Source: the human T2T-CHM13v2.0 reference genome, Homo sapiens. From it: DNA of 64,000 nucleotides. A program made the position numbers and the translations under genes. Where the stretch lies: the NCBI RefSeq assembly GCF_009914755.1, contig NC_060939.1. One strand, written 5' to 3'. Under the pieces are notes generated by a model. The model ran no database searches and was not told where the DNA came from. It was given only the letters and a program-made list of their open reading frames with translations. Numbering within the stretch: position 1 is the stretch's first letter; the number at the start of each line of letters is the position of its first letter. Below, piece by piece: positions 30,660 to 43,408 of the stretch.

Positions 30660-33600
30660 GTGGATGACATCAGCAAGATGGCAGAATAAAAGATCCTCAT
30701 GCATCACTCTTCCCACAAAAGTAAAAATAGAAATTATTCAAGGACAATAACATTACCCTTAATTTACCAGAACTTGACAGAGAAACAGAGAAACCCTTGG
30801 GCCCACCAAATTGGAAGAAGGAACCATCATTTTAGACTATACCACACCTCGTCCTCCTCCAAGCCAGCATAATGTCACTCTCAGAGAATTTCCCTAGACC
30901 CATGGTTGCCAAAATGGGAAGAGAGAATTGGAGGTGGACGTTCAAGCTCCACACCAGTCTTGGAATCTTTGCAGGAAGCTCACTTCAGTCCCATCCCATA
31001 GGAACCACTGAAAGTGCCAGGATGGCTGAATTGCAGACAAAAAAAAAATGGGGGCACGGATTGCAGTGACCAGCACATGGATCTTAATGGCTGATCTGTT
31101 TTCTGATCAGGAAGGATGCCATGCTGAGGAGACTGGCCAGCACTGCATGGGAAATGATGTGTAGGAAGGCCTGGATCCCTGGCCAGATTTCTCACAAAGC
31201 CCAGGTATTTTCATGGAGCTGTTTCCTGACCCAGAACTAACTAAAAGATTGCTGATTAAGTCCCAGGACTTGCTTAACTCTTTCCCAGACCTGGAAACAA
31301 TGGCAGGGAAGCAATTTAGTTCCAGTGCAGCCTTTAAGTTCTGAGGTTCACAATAAGTCTTCCTCAGACTAGGAAACAAGGAAAGGGCAGCAATTTTTTT
31401 CTGGTGCAGCTGCAGGTTTTAAGCTTTGGCACTCATTATAAGCCTTCCCCACAGTAGCAAGCAATAACAGTTAAGTAATTAAGCTCTAATATTAAGTAAG
31501 TAGCAAAGACTTGATATCACTAAAGAACACCTGCAAAAGTTGGAAGACATGGCTGTCTCCTCAAAAGTGCAGATGTCAATGTAAAGACACAAGGATTATG
31601 AACTTTCAGGGAAATATGACACCACCAAAAGAAACCAACAAAGCTCCAGTAATGGACCTGGAAAAACTGGAGCTCTATGAAGTATTTCCCAAATAATTCA
31701 GAATAATACTCTTAAAGAAGTTCAGGAAATCACAAGAAAATACAGATTGAAAACTAAATAAAATTTAAAAAACAATCCAGAAACAAAATTCAAAGGTTGA
31801 CAAAGAAATACAATTTTTTTAAAGCAAACCAAAATTCTAGAAATAAAGCATGCAATAACTGATCTGAAAAACTCATTAGAAAGCTTCAACAGCAGACTTG
31901 ATCAGACAAAGGAAATAATCAGTGAGCTCAAAGACAGAACATATGACATTATCCAATCAGATGAACAAAAGAAAAAAGAACAAAGGAAAATGAAGAAGGC
32001 CTACAAGATTATGGGATACCATCAAGCAAACTAACCTCCATATAATAGGAGTTCCCAAAGAAGACAGTGAAGAAAGGCCTGGAAAGAGTAATTTTAAATT
32101 ACTGGTTGAACATTTCCCCAGTCCGTAGGAAAATGACAGCATCCAGATACAGAAAGCATAGAGGTCACCAGTAAAATTCAACCAAAAGAGAAAATCTCCA
32201 GGGCACATCATAATCAAATTAACAAAAATCAGACAAAGTAGCAAGAAAAAGAAACATATCACATTCGACAAAATCCAATATGGCTTTATGTAGATTTCTC
32301 AGCAGAAACCCTACAGTCATAAGAGAATGAAATGATATATTTAAAGTGCTTTGAGAGGGAAAAAATGCCAGGCAAGATATTACACTGAGCACAGGGATTC
32401 TTCAAACATGAAGGAGAGATAAAAGCTAAGGTAATTCATCAGCAGCAGGTCTGTCTTACAAGAAATGCTAAAGAGGTTTATTCAATTAACAAAAGTAGGC
32501 TAAAATATAACAAGAAAATATCTGAAGGTATAAAACTCACTGTATAAAAGACTACAGACAAATTCAGAATACTCTAATATTATAATTATGGTATGTAAAC
32601 CATTTATACCATAACTAGGAAGACTAAAAGACAAAACTATTAAAGACAATAATAACTACAATAATTGGTTAATAGATAGGAAATACAAAAAGATGTAAAT
32701 TGAAACATCAAAAAGTCAAACAGTGGTGGAGGAAATGGTGTTAAAGTGTAGAGTTTGTTTTTTATACTTTTCTTTGCAATTGAAGTGGAGTTGTTATTAG
32801 TTTAAAATAACGTAAGATATATTTTATAAGTCTCATAGTAACTAACCATAAAGCAAAAGCCTATAATACATACACTAAAAATGAATAGCACAGAATCAAA
32901 ACATACTACCAGAAAAACATCACTTACGCACAAATTAAGAGTAAGAGAAGAAAAAAGAAAAAAAGAGATCTACAAAACAACCAGAAAACAAGTAGCAAAA
33001 TGGCAATACTGAACACTTATCTATAAATAACCTTAAATGTGAATCATTTAAATTATCTATTTAAAAGACAGAAAGTAGGACAACAGATGAAAAAGCCCCA
33101 ATTATATACTGTCTACAAGAAACTCACTTAACCTATAAAGAAACACACAGACTGAAAGTGAAAAGATGGAAAAAGATATTCCAGGTAAATGGAAACCAAA
33201 AAAGAGAAGTAGCTATAATCAGATAAAATAGACTTTAAGTATTTAAAAAAAAAAAAGGCAAAAAGGCCACCATATATTGATTGAAGGGTCATTATAGCAA
33301 GAGAATATGACAATTATAAATACACATGCACCAAACAGTGGGGACTCAATCACATAAAGTAAATATTAATAGACCTAAAGAGAAACACTGAGTATCATAC
33401 AATACTAGTAGGGGACTTCAACACTCCACTTTCAGCAATAGACAAATAATTCAGAGAGAAAATCAACAAAAACTGCACTCTAAATCAAATGGACTTAACA
33501 TTTACAGAACATTGTACCCAATAGCTACAGAATATACAGTTTTCTCAACAGCACATGGAACATTTTCCGGAAAAGACCATGCTAGTTCATAAGTCTTCAC

Positions 33601-34780
33601 AAATTTTTAAAAATCAAGTTTATATCAAGAACATTTTATAACCACAATGGAATAAAATTAGAAATCAATATCAAAAGGAAATGGAAAACTGTACAAATTC
33701 ATGGAAATTAAACTACATGCTCCTGAACAACAAATAAGTCATGAAGAAATTAAAAAGGAAATTTAAAAATTCTTGGAGACAAATGAAAATAACATACCCA
33801 AACCTATGGGATACAACAAAAGCAGTTCTTATAGGGGAAGATTATAGCAATAAATGCCTACATCAAAAAGTAGAAAGATATCAAATAAACTATCTAACAT
33901 TGCATGTCTAGGAACTAAAAAACCAAGGACAAACTAAATCCAAAATAGCAGAAAGAAATAATGAATATCAGACCAAAAATAAGCAAAATAGAGATTTAAA
34001 AAACATTATAAAAGATTAACAAAACCAGGAGTTGGTTATTTTAAAAGATCAAAAGTCAACAAACCTTTTAGCTATACTAGGAAAAAAAGAAAGAAGACTC
34101 AAATAAAATCAACTGAGAAAGAAGATAATACAACTGATACTAGAGAAATCCAAAAGATCACAAGAGACTATTATCAACAACTATATGCCCACGAATCTAA
34201 TAAAAGAAACAGGTAACTTCCTGGACACATACAACCTACCAAGCCTGAAATGAAGAAATAGAAAACCTGAACTGACCGATAATGTGTAACAGGACTGAAG
34301 CAGTCATAAAAAGTTTCCCATCAAGGAAGAACCTAGGATCTGATGGCTTCACTGTTGAACTCATTTAAAAAGTAACACCAATTCTCTTCAAACTATTGCA
34401 GAAAATTGAAATGGGGGAATATTTTCGCACTCATTTTAAAAGGTCAGCATTACTCTGATTCCAAAACCAGACAAGGATATAACAACAACAAAACAAAACT
34501 ACAGGCCAATATCCCTGATGAAAACAGATACAAAAATTCTCAAGACAAAAAACAAAATCCAACAGTACATTAAAAAGTTTACTATGATCAAGTTGGACGT
34601 GTCCCAGGGACACAAAAATGGTTTAACATTCACAAACTAATAAATGTGAAATACCACATTAACAGGAAGACAAATGAAAACAATAGAATTTTAATACATG
34701 CTGAAAAAGCATTGGATAAAATTCAACATCCCTTGATGATAAAAATTCTAAACAAATTGGGGATAGAAGAAACAAACCTC
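30660..34780 (+). mobile_element. Old LINE-1 (L1MA/L1M1-2 type): 5' end, ORF1, long spacer and 5' half of ORF2; 3' portion missing
   Basis: TGACATCAGCAAGATGGCAGAATA 5' end; ORF1-like GNMTPPKETNKAP (~31600); ORF2 start near 33000 with GGGGACTTCAACACTCCACTTTCAGCAATAGAC; stops abruptly in the RT region. Confidence 0.8.
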
Positions 34781-34782
34781 GA

Positions 34783-35330
34783 TTAGGAGATCGTGGCAGA
34801 CGGGAGGCAGGACTAGATTGCAGCTCCGGACAGAGCAGCAGCCGACAGCTCACATTGTGAATTTTAGCTCCAGATGGACTGCAAGAACAAACCAGCAATC
34901 CCGAGAGGATCCACAGACCCTCTGAAGGCAGTGGGCTGCTCCTGCAGGACCCAGGAGACTCCCCCAAAAACTGTGTATTCCCCAACTGCAGAAGTGAGAA
35001 AGGGAGACCCTCCCCTCCCTAACACATACCTCCACTGGAGAAGCTGAATGTCTGAGGGAGAAGTTTCTGACTTTACCTGGAGCTGAGTCAATTTGGAGAG
35101 CCGAGTGAAATACAGGGGTAGAGGAAGCAGCAGAACGGCCCTGAGAGCTCACTGGGTACCCAAGCAGGCCATTCCTGCCTGGCACCACAGGGATGCATCA
35201 GGAGGATGATCAGAGAAGCAGGGGGCAAAACTCCACGGGGAGAAGGAACTCTCTAGCTGAACTTCGTAACAATTTGTATAGGGCAAGTAGCCTCCTGGCT
35301 AGAACTTGGAGGAGGGAGCAAGCATCCAAT
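34783..35330 (+). mobile_element. L1PB-type (L1PBa/MER25-like) 5'UTR fragment
   Basis: GGCAGACGGGAGGCAGGACTAGATTGCAGCTCCGGACAGAGCAGC...CAGACCCTCTGAAGG...CTGGAGCTGAGTCAATTTGGAGAGCCGAG matches the L1PBa 5' end as I recall it. Confidence 0.75.
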
Positions 35331-35334
35331 GTGT

Positions 35335-36790
35335 TTCTTAAAAATGCTGCCATTATTCCTTTGCTTTATTTATTGCTTCTGAGAAGTCTAATAACAGTGT
35401 AATAATCTTGGCTTTGTAAGTTACTTGATCTTTTTTCTTGGAAGCACTGAGAATTTTTTTCTGAGTCATTAAAGCCTAGTGGTATACTAGGATATGCTTG
35501 GAGCCAATTGATCATGGTAAATCTTCCAAGGTTCCCTATAGACCCATTCAATGTGTAAAGTCATGCCTTCTGTTATTTCTGAAAAGTATTCTTGATTTAT
35601 AATTTCATTATTCCATTGTTTTCTCTGCCTCTTAGACTCCAATTATAGATTTATTCAATCTCCTTTTCGTGATTTCCATTTCAACCACTTTCTAAAACAT
35701 GTCTATCTCATTTTCATTTTGTTGGTTGTTTTTGCTAGCTTTCTTCAATGCCACTTGTTAAATTTTTAATTAAACCAATTATCTCTTGGATACCTTATAA
35801 TTTAGACATTTCTGACATTTTTTATATCAATTTCTTGCCTGAGTCCAATCAATTCTTATCTTGATTTCTATCCAGTTACTAATCTTTAGATCACTGATTT
35901 GATTATTTTACATGTGTTATTTGAGAATATTTAATTTGGTTTGGAGTGCTATGATACCATTTTTTTCTGTTTAAGAGGTTGGTTTTCAGGAAATTTATCA
36001 ATCCGTAAGTTTTAATTCTCATTTTCTGTTTTCTTCTTGGATAGTTTTGTATAGATAAGACTTTGCATTTCTGTATTGCATAGACGTGGCTGGCATTTGG
36101 GGTGGCTTACACATGGCTATTTCAATAATTACCTTTTCTATCTGTGTGTCAGTTTCCTTAATTCATCGCTTTTCTAAGGAATCAGGGAAAATGATTTTTT
36201 GTCCTTTAAACTTTTAGTTTTCTTTTGTCTTGAAGGAGTCTAAATTTCCCATTCCTTTCTCTTTTCTGCTCAGTTCCTAAAGGGCAATTTCCCCTTCATT
36301 TGTATCCTCTTCCTGAAGTATTTCCCTTCCAAGATTTCTTCCTTAAGCCCTACATATACTTTTAAATCCTTTCTCTGTGTCAGTGTTCTGACTTTATTTC
36401 CCGGGACTCTCTTTTACCATTGTCATGTTTCAGTGTAAACACCCAGAACTTTCTCTTTCTGGAAGTGGTTTTATATCAATATCCTCTTCCTTTTCCAATA
36501 TAGTGTTTCTAGATAGTTCGCCTTTCCACAAAGACCTGGGGTAGGAGCTTAAAATATGATCCTACTGTAAATTAGTGTTTATTTTTGTACTTATGGGTAA
36601 CGTGCAGTTTTAATGTCCTCTGTCTTCCAGGTATTCTGAAGGTGTGTGGTTTTAACTTTATCTGCTTATTGACTTATGTAACTGGGGGACTGGGTAGGTA
36701 TGGAGAGATTCAGATTTCCAACAGCTGTTATTACCTCAGCTACATCTACAGACTTTTGGCAAGTATTGCCAGAAATTTATACTAGATTGG
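35335..36790 (-). mobile_element. HAL1/ancient L1-like remnant
   Basis: T-rich antisense ORF1-like sequence (GAGAAGTCT...GTAAGTTACTTGATCTTTTT...CCATTCAATGTGTAAAGTCATGCCTTC); boundaries approximate. Confidence 0.45.
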
Positions 36791-37531
36791 CTAGCACTTC
36801 TGTTTGTTAAAATAGAAAAAAAAAATGCTTGAACTGTACGTATATTACTTGTAGCATTGCTTTTGTAATATTTCATACTCGTAGAAAGAGGCTAAAGCAA
36901 AGCCTATAGACATCTTCTAGAGTTTTCTGAAATTTTTAAAGTTTATTAAAATAGTATGAGGTTTAAAAGAAAAAAAAACACTTTTGCCATTAGCTTAGAG
37001 TTGTCAACATGTTTAAGCTAAGATTTTAAAACAATCACTATTATCACACTTTTTAATCCCAAAAGCGCAACAAAATATCAAAGAATAATCCTTAGAATGA
37101 AAATGTTTTTCAAATGTCCTTAATATTTTTACCTCTACCTATGACTACTTTATCATAGATAACACTAATCTTGGACTGTATTTTGGAACCACTAGCGTAT
37201 ACATCTTTCATAAAGTAACTGAGACCCAGAAAGACTAAGTAACTTACCCAAATTAATCTAAGAGCTATGACCAGTCCAGGGTCTTTTCTAATGTATCATG
37301 CTGACTTTTATATGTTTTAGTAATAGCAGTGAAAACCTTTTACAAGGGCTACATGTTTGTTTGTATTTTGTTTTATTTGTTTCTGGTTCTTTTTTGGTTC
37401 CTCATCTGTATCATAAGACTATACTATGTTGAAAAAACACTTGTTTATTTGCCCCACGAACACTATTGTATTACTGACAGTCTTACTGGAAAATTTCATG
37501 AGAAAAAATTTTCCTACTTTCCTCAGGATTC

Positions 37532-37668
37532 TTTTTTTTTTTTTTTCTGAGACAAGATCTCACTATGTTGTCCAAGCTAGAGTGTAGTGGCTATTTACAA
37601 TCAGAGCCATAGTGCACTGCAGCCTTGATCCTCCTGCTTCAACCTGCCAAGGAGCTGAGGTTACAGGT
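37532..37668 (-). mobile_element. FAM-like fossil Alu monomer
   Basis: T tail, CACTATGTTGTCCAAGCTAGAGTGTAGTGGCTATTTACA (7SL/FAM-type GTGGCTATTCACA segment). Confidence 0.7.
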
Positions 37669-38689
37669 AAGTGCCTTACTTTTCTCAGTTGTAACCAATG
37701 GGCTAGAACCATAAACTTCAAATTCTCAATGTAAAAAGGAAATTCTGTCATTTAAATTTTCACAACACATTATAACACGGTATTTAACTTAAAGTGTATG
37801 AAAGATACTTGCACCAAGAGTTAGTACTAAGATGCCACTCTGAATTATTGATGTAACATTGTTATTTGTCAATGAGGAGTAAAAATATTAAGGTTTTTTT
37901 CTGTACTTTCTGCTTTGCCCTCTATTTTTTATAGGTATGCTGTATGTCTCATACTAAATCTGTGAGTATCAATTGTGCATTTTTCTATATTCATTATAGC
38001 CACTAGCACAGAGACTGACAATCAGTTCACTTGTAAAAATCAATTAATTATTAAACTATGTAAGAAATAACACTGAGAGAAAAATAGACTATATTAGAAT
38101 GAGTGGTGAAAGCACCATCAGGTACACAGGCAAATGGACACATAGCTACCAACACACATTCAGCAGAGGGAAGAGAGGAGTCCAGAGACTAGGATGGAGG
38201 CACTTCCCATCCTAGAAGAGCCACAAAGGCCCACAGAAAGATATACACAGGTAAATAACTGGGATTTGCAGAGGATCCATTAGAAAAAGGGTTGTTCCTC
38301 CATGGGGATGGTTAAGAGATCACAGGCAAAGATCTAGCAGGACTTCATCTTACTGAAGGCAGAGGGTTCAGCTCTGAGTAAAGGGAGTGACAGTCAGGGA
38401 GAAGGCAACTCCACACCAGGTAGGGACCCAGCCCTAGACGCTGAGATCGAAGGAGGACAGGTGAGAGGCACAGTAAATCAGCATCCCCTTCTCCCTTCAG
38501 GCTTTCCTCCTCTTTCCTATCAATCTCATTTAAGCCTTTTTTCTCCTGCCCTAAACTTTTATTTTCAGACTCTTCTAAATTTTCTCCAAACCTCTCATTC
38601 TCGCACAACTCTGTGGTCCTTTTTGTTGTTGTTGTTCACTGCCGTGTCAGCCTCTAAATATTTAAGCTTACATCACAATCTGAATACTA

Positions 38690-38919
<230 letters not shown>

Positions 38920-39026
38920 TTTGTAGAAGAGACACTTAGGAAAAGTACAAGTTACAAAGAACCACAATGTTGCTGAGAAAAACACTCAAAACTTTTAACA
39001 AATTAAAAATTCAACCTATAACTTCC

Positions 39027-42019
39027 ATGTAAATAACATCAGAAATTACAGAAGAAACGTTACAATTGATACCACAAAAATATAAAGGATAAGAAAATGC
39101 TATGAAAAACTATATGCTAACAAATTGGATAATCTAGAAAAAAATGGATAAATTCCTAAGACATATAATAACTTACCAAGATTGAAACAGAAAGAAATAG
39201 AAAATCCGAACAGACTAGTAATGAGTACGAAAACTGAATCAGTAATATAGACTCCCATTAAGAAAAGACTATGACCAGACGGCTTCACTGCTAAAATCTA
39301 CAAATATTTAAATAGGAACTAATACTAATTATTCTCAAACTCTTTCAAAAAATTGAAGAGGGGGAAATACTTTCAAATTCATTGTATGAGGCCAGCATTA
39401 CCTTACACCAAAGCCAGATGACGATACTAAAAGAATGGAAAATTACAGATAAATATCCCTGATTAACACAGATGCAAAAGTCCTCAAAAAAATACCAGCA
39501 AATCAAATTCAACAACACATTTCAACAACAGATTAAAATGATCATACACCATAATCAAATGGCATTTATCTCTGGGATGCAAGGATGGATCAACATACTC
39601 AAATCTATAAATGTGATCATCACTCTCACAAAATGAGGGATAAAAATTATGATCATCTCAATAGATCAGGAAAATCTTTGACAAAATTCAACACTTTTTC
39701 ATGATAGAAACTCTCAATTGATTAGATATAGAGGGAAAGTACCTCAGCACAATAAAAGATCACATATGACAAAGTCCTGGCTAACATTCTTAAAGGTGAA
39801 AAGTTGAGAGGCTTTCCTCTGAGGCTAACATTCTTAAAGGTGAAAACTTGAGAGGCTTTCCTCTGAGATCAGGAACCAGACAAGGATGCCCGGTATCATC
39901 TCTTCTTTTTAACATAGTACTGGAAGTCCTATTCAGAGCAATCAGGCAATAGAAACAAAGAAAATGCTTCCAAAATGGAAATGAAGTAGTTGAACTATCT
40001 CCAGTTGCTGATAACATGATTTGTATACAGAAAACTCTAAAGACTGCCAAAACAAAACCTGTTGGAACTGATAAAGTCAATAAGATACAAAGTCAACAAA
40101 GAAAAATCAGTAGCATTTCTATACACTAACAAAAAACTATCTGGAGAGAAAAAAAGGAAATCTCATTTATAAAAGCCTCAGAACATTCACAGGAGAAAAT
40201 TTAATCAGGAGGGTAAAGATCTCTATACTAAAAACTATAAAATATTGAGCAAATAAATTGAAGATTACACAAATACATGGAAACATATTCTTCATGGATT
40301 AGAAGAATCAATATTATTAAAATGTCCATACTGGCCAAAGCGATCTACAGATTCAACACAATTCCCATCAAAATTCTAATGGCATTACCCTCAGAATATT
40401 TTTTTAATTCCAAAAGTCTTATAGAAACACATAAGACTCTGAATAGCCAAAGCAATCTTGAGGAAAAAGGAACAAAGTTGAAGGCATCATGATAATGGAT
40501 TTCAACATATTTTACAAAGTGATTGTAATCAAAACAGCATGAGTGTGGTACAAAAACAAACATATTAACAAATCAAACAGGACAGGAAGCTCACAAATAA
40601 ACCCATGCATTTACGGTCAATTGATTTTTGAGATAGGTACCAAGAATACAAAATGGGGGTAGGACAGTCTCTTCAATAAATGATGTTGGGAAAAGTAGAT
40701 ATCTACATGCAGAAGACTGAAACTGGACCCTTATCTTACACCATATTCAAAAATCAATTAAAAATAGATTAAAGTTTTAAATATCGTACCTGAAACTGTA
40801 AAACCACTAGAAGAAAACATGGAAGAAAAGGTCCACAACATGGGTCTGGGAAATGATACTTTGGGCATGACCTCAGAAGCACAGGCAACAAAAGCAAAAA
40901 TAGATAAAAGGGATGGCATCAAACCAAAAAGCCTCTGGAAAAGAAACAACAAAGTGAAGGGCCATACAACAGAATGGGAGAAAATATTTTCAAACTATTC
41001 ATTCAACAAGGGACTAATCACCAGAATATACAAGGAACTCAACAACTCACTAGCAAGAAAATAAATTACCTGATTTAAAATGGGCAAAGGGCCTAAACTG
41101 ACATTTCTCAAAAGATATTAAGTGGCCAACAGGTACATAAAACAATGCTCAGGCTCATAATCCTCATGGAAATGCAAATTAAAACCACAATGAGAGGTCA
41201 CCTGACACCCGTTAGAATAACTTTCATCAAAAAGATAATGTGTTGATGAGTATGTGGAAAAAAGGGAACTCTCATACATTCTTGGTGGGAATGTAAATTA
41301 GTATAACCAGTATGGAAAATGGTATGGAGGCTCCTAGAACAACTAAAAATAGAACCACCATATGATCCTGTAATCTCACTTCTGGGTGTATATCCAAAGG
41401 AAATGAAATTGAGTCAAATTTCAGAATGTCAAAGAGATATCTGTACTCTCACGTTCATTGTAGCATTAATCACAATGGCCAAGATACAGAATCAACACAA
41501 GTGTCCTTCAGTGGATTAATGGATAAAGAAAATGTGGTACATGCATGCAAGGGAATACTATTAATACAGCCTTTAAAAGGAGGGAAATCCTGCCATTTTC
41601 AACAACATAGATGAATCTGGAAGACATTATGCTAAGTGAAATAAGCCAGGCACAGAAAGACAGATACCACATGATTTCACCTACATGTGGAATCTAAAAA
41701 TGTTCAACTCACAAAAGTAGCATAGACTGATGGTTACCAGAGGTCAGAGGAGCTGAAAAAAGAGGGAATAGGGAATTGTTGATCAAAGGGCAGAGTTTCA
41801 GACAGAAAGAACAGGTTTTGAAATCTATTGCACAGAACAGTCGCTATACTCAATAATAACGTACTAAATCAAATGTCTGACCCTAAGAAATCATAGGTAA
41901 TCAAATTGATGAATGCTAATTCGGTTGATTTAATTATTCCACATTCTATGCATGTATCAAAACACTGCATTTCACCCCATAAATGTATATTTGTTAATTA
42001 ACAACAATAATAAAAAATT
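39027..42019 (+). mobile_element. 5'-truncated L1MA (L1MA7-like), ORF2 3' two-thirds plus 3'UTR
   Basis: ORF2 remnants (SWIRRINIIKMSILAKAIYRFN); 3'UTR ATCTATTGCACAG...TTCCACATT...CACCCCATAAATG; TSD AAAAATTCAACCTATAACTTCC (39005-39026) / AAAAATTGAACCTAGGACTTCC (42020-42041). Confidence 0.85.
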
Positions 42020-42488
42020 AAAAATTGAACCTAGGACTTCCAGGTAGCTGAAGAAAATGACAGCTGTCTAGCTACCTGTTTTTCCATGTTTTCTCCAAAA
42101 GCAATACACAACAAGAAAGGGGAAATAAATCTCCACAAAAAACATACACTGAGCATAATTTAAAGACAGAATGCTGATACTACAAACTAGCACTTAGAAA
42201 AGAGAAAAATCATCAGGTCTACACTATCTACACAATTTCTAATGTTCCTGCCCCACTCTTGCCTTTCCTTCAAACTTTGTGGTGGGCAAAGGCAGACTGA
42301 AAAAAAACCTGCCAGGGATACAGAAGAGAGAAGCTAGCAAAAGGACATAGAGTGGACCTAAAATCACCTGTAATAATAAAGCATCCTAGCCCTCATGTAT
42401 ACAAACAATAAACAGAAAATGGCATTACAAAGAAAATGCTGCTTACAACAGGGACAAAGACTACATGCTTAATAAATGTGCATATTTA

Positions 42489-42795
42489 GGCCGGGCGCGG
42501 TGGCTCACGCCTGTAATCCCAGCACTTTGGGAGGCCGAGGTGGGCAGATCACAAGTTCAGGAGATCGAGACCATCCTGGCTAACATGGTGAAACCCCTTC
42601 TCTACTAAAAATACAAAAAATTAGCAGGGCGTGGTGGCGGGCGCCTGTAGTCCCAGCTACTCAGGAGGCTGAGGCAGGAGACTGGTGTGAACCTGGGATG
42701 CAGAGCTTGCAGTGAGCTGAGATCGAGCCACTGCACTCCAGCGTGGGCAACAGAGTGAGACTCCATCTCAAAAAATAAAATATAAAAATAAAAAA
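42489..42795 (+). mobile_element. AluY-like
   Basis: GAGATCGAGACCATCCTGGCTAAC and GAGCTTGCAG diagnostics; TSD AAATGTGCATATTTA / AAATGTGCATACTTA. Confidence 0.94.
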
Positions 42796-42809
42796 AAATG
42801 TGCATACTT

Positions 42810-43408
42810 AATATACAAAAATCTATGAGAATAATTGTTAAATACCTATTAAATACATAAAAATAGAGTTGAACAACTCCGGAAGTGATGACAACAATTT
42901 AAGGATGTAAGGTCCTCCCAAGTTAGTTTATAAACTTAACACTACCACAACAAAAAATACTAACAATCTTCTTATGGATAAACATACAAATAAATATAGA
43001 TACATGTTTGTGCATGTGTTATTATTTATACATACATTACCTAGTTCTGTCTGCTGACAGAGCCTAAAAAGAATGTTACCTCAGAAGCCATAAGCAAAAC
43101 TATCACCCAGATCTTGGGTTATAAATACCAGTTTTTCAACAGAGTCAGAAATCCTTGGAAAAATTGTTGGATTTTTCCAGATCTAAGAGTAAGAAAATAC
43201 AAAATAAACCTGAAATATCTTGTGGTGCCAGAGAGTAAGGAAGTGCCCCCAAACTGACAGGCAACATTGATGGAAAACAGGAACCAATTTTAAGATCCTA
43301 ATAGCAAAATCTGAGATAATTTGAGCAATAAAATAATGGCAACTTGTACCATAGCACACAGAACAAATATCCATGAATCCATACTGATATAAATAAATTA
43401 TTGAACAG
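42810..43408 (+). mobile_element. Old L1MC/L1MD-like remnant, left part (host of the L1PA3)
   Basis: AATATCTTGTGGTGCCAGA...AAATATCCATGAATCCATACTGATATAAATAAAT motif; continues after 49591. Confidence 0.5.

Noticed and set aside
34783-35330. CpG island or host gene promoter
   Set aside because: Only about 10 CpGs in 550 bp, and the sequence is explained as an L1PB 5'UTR.
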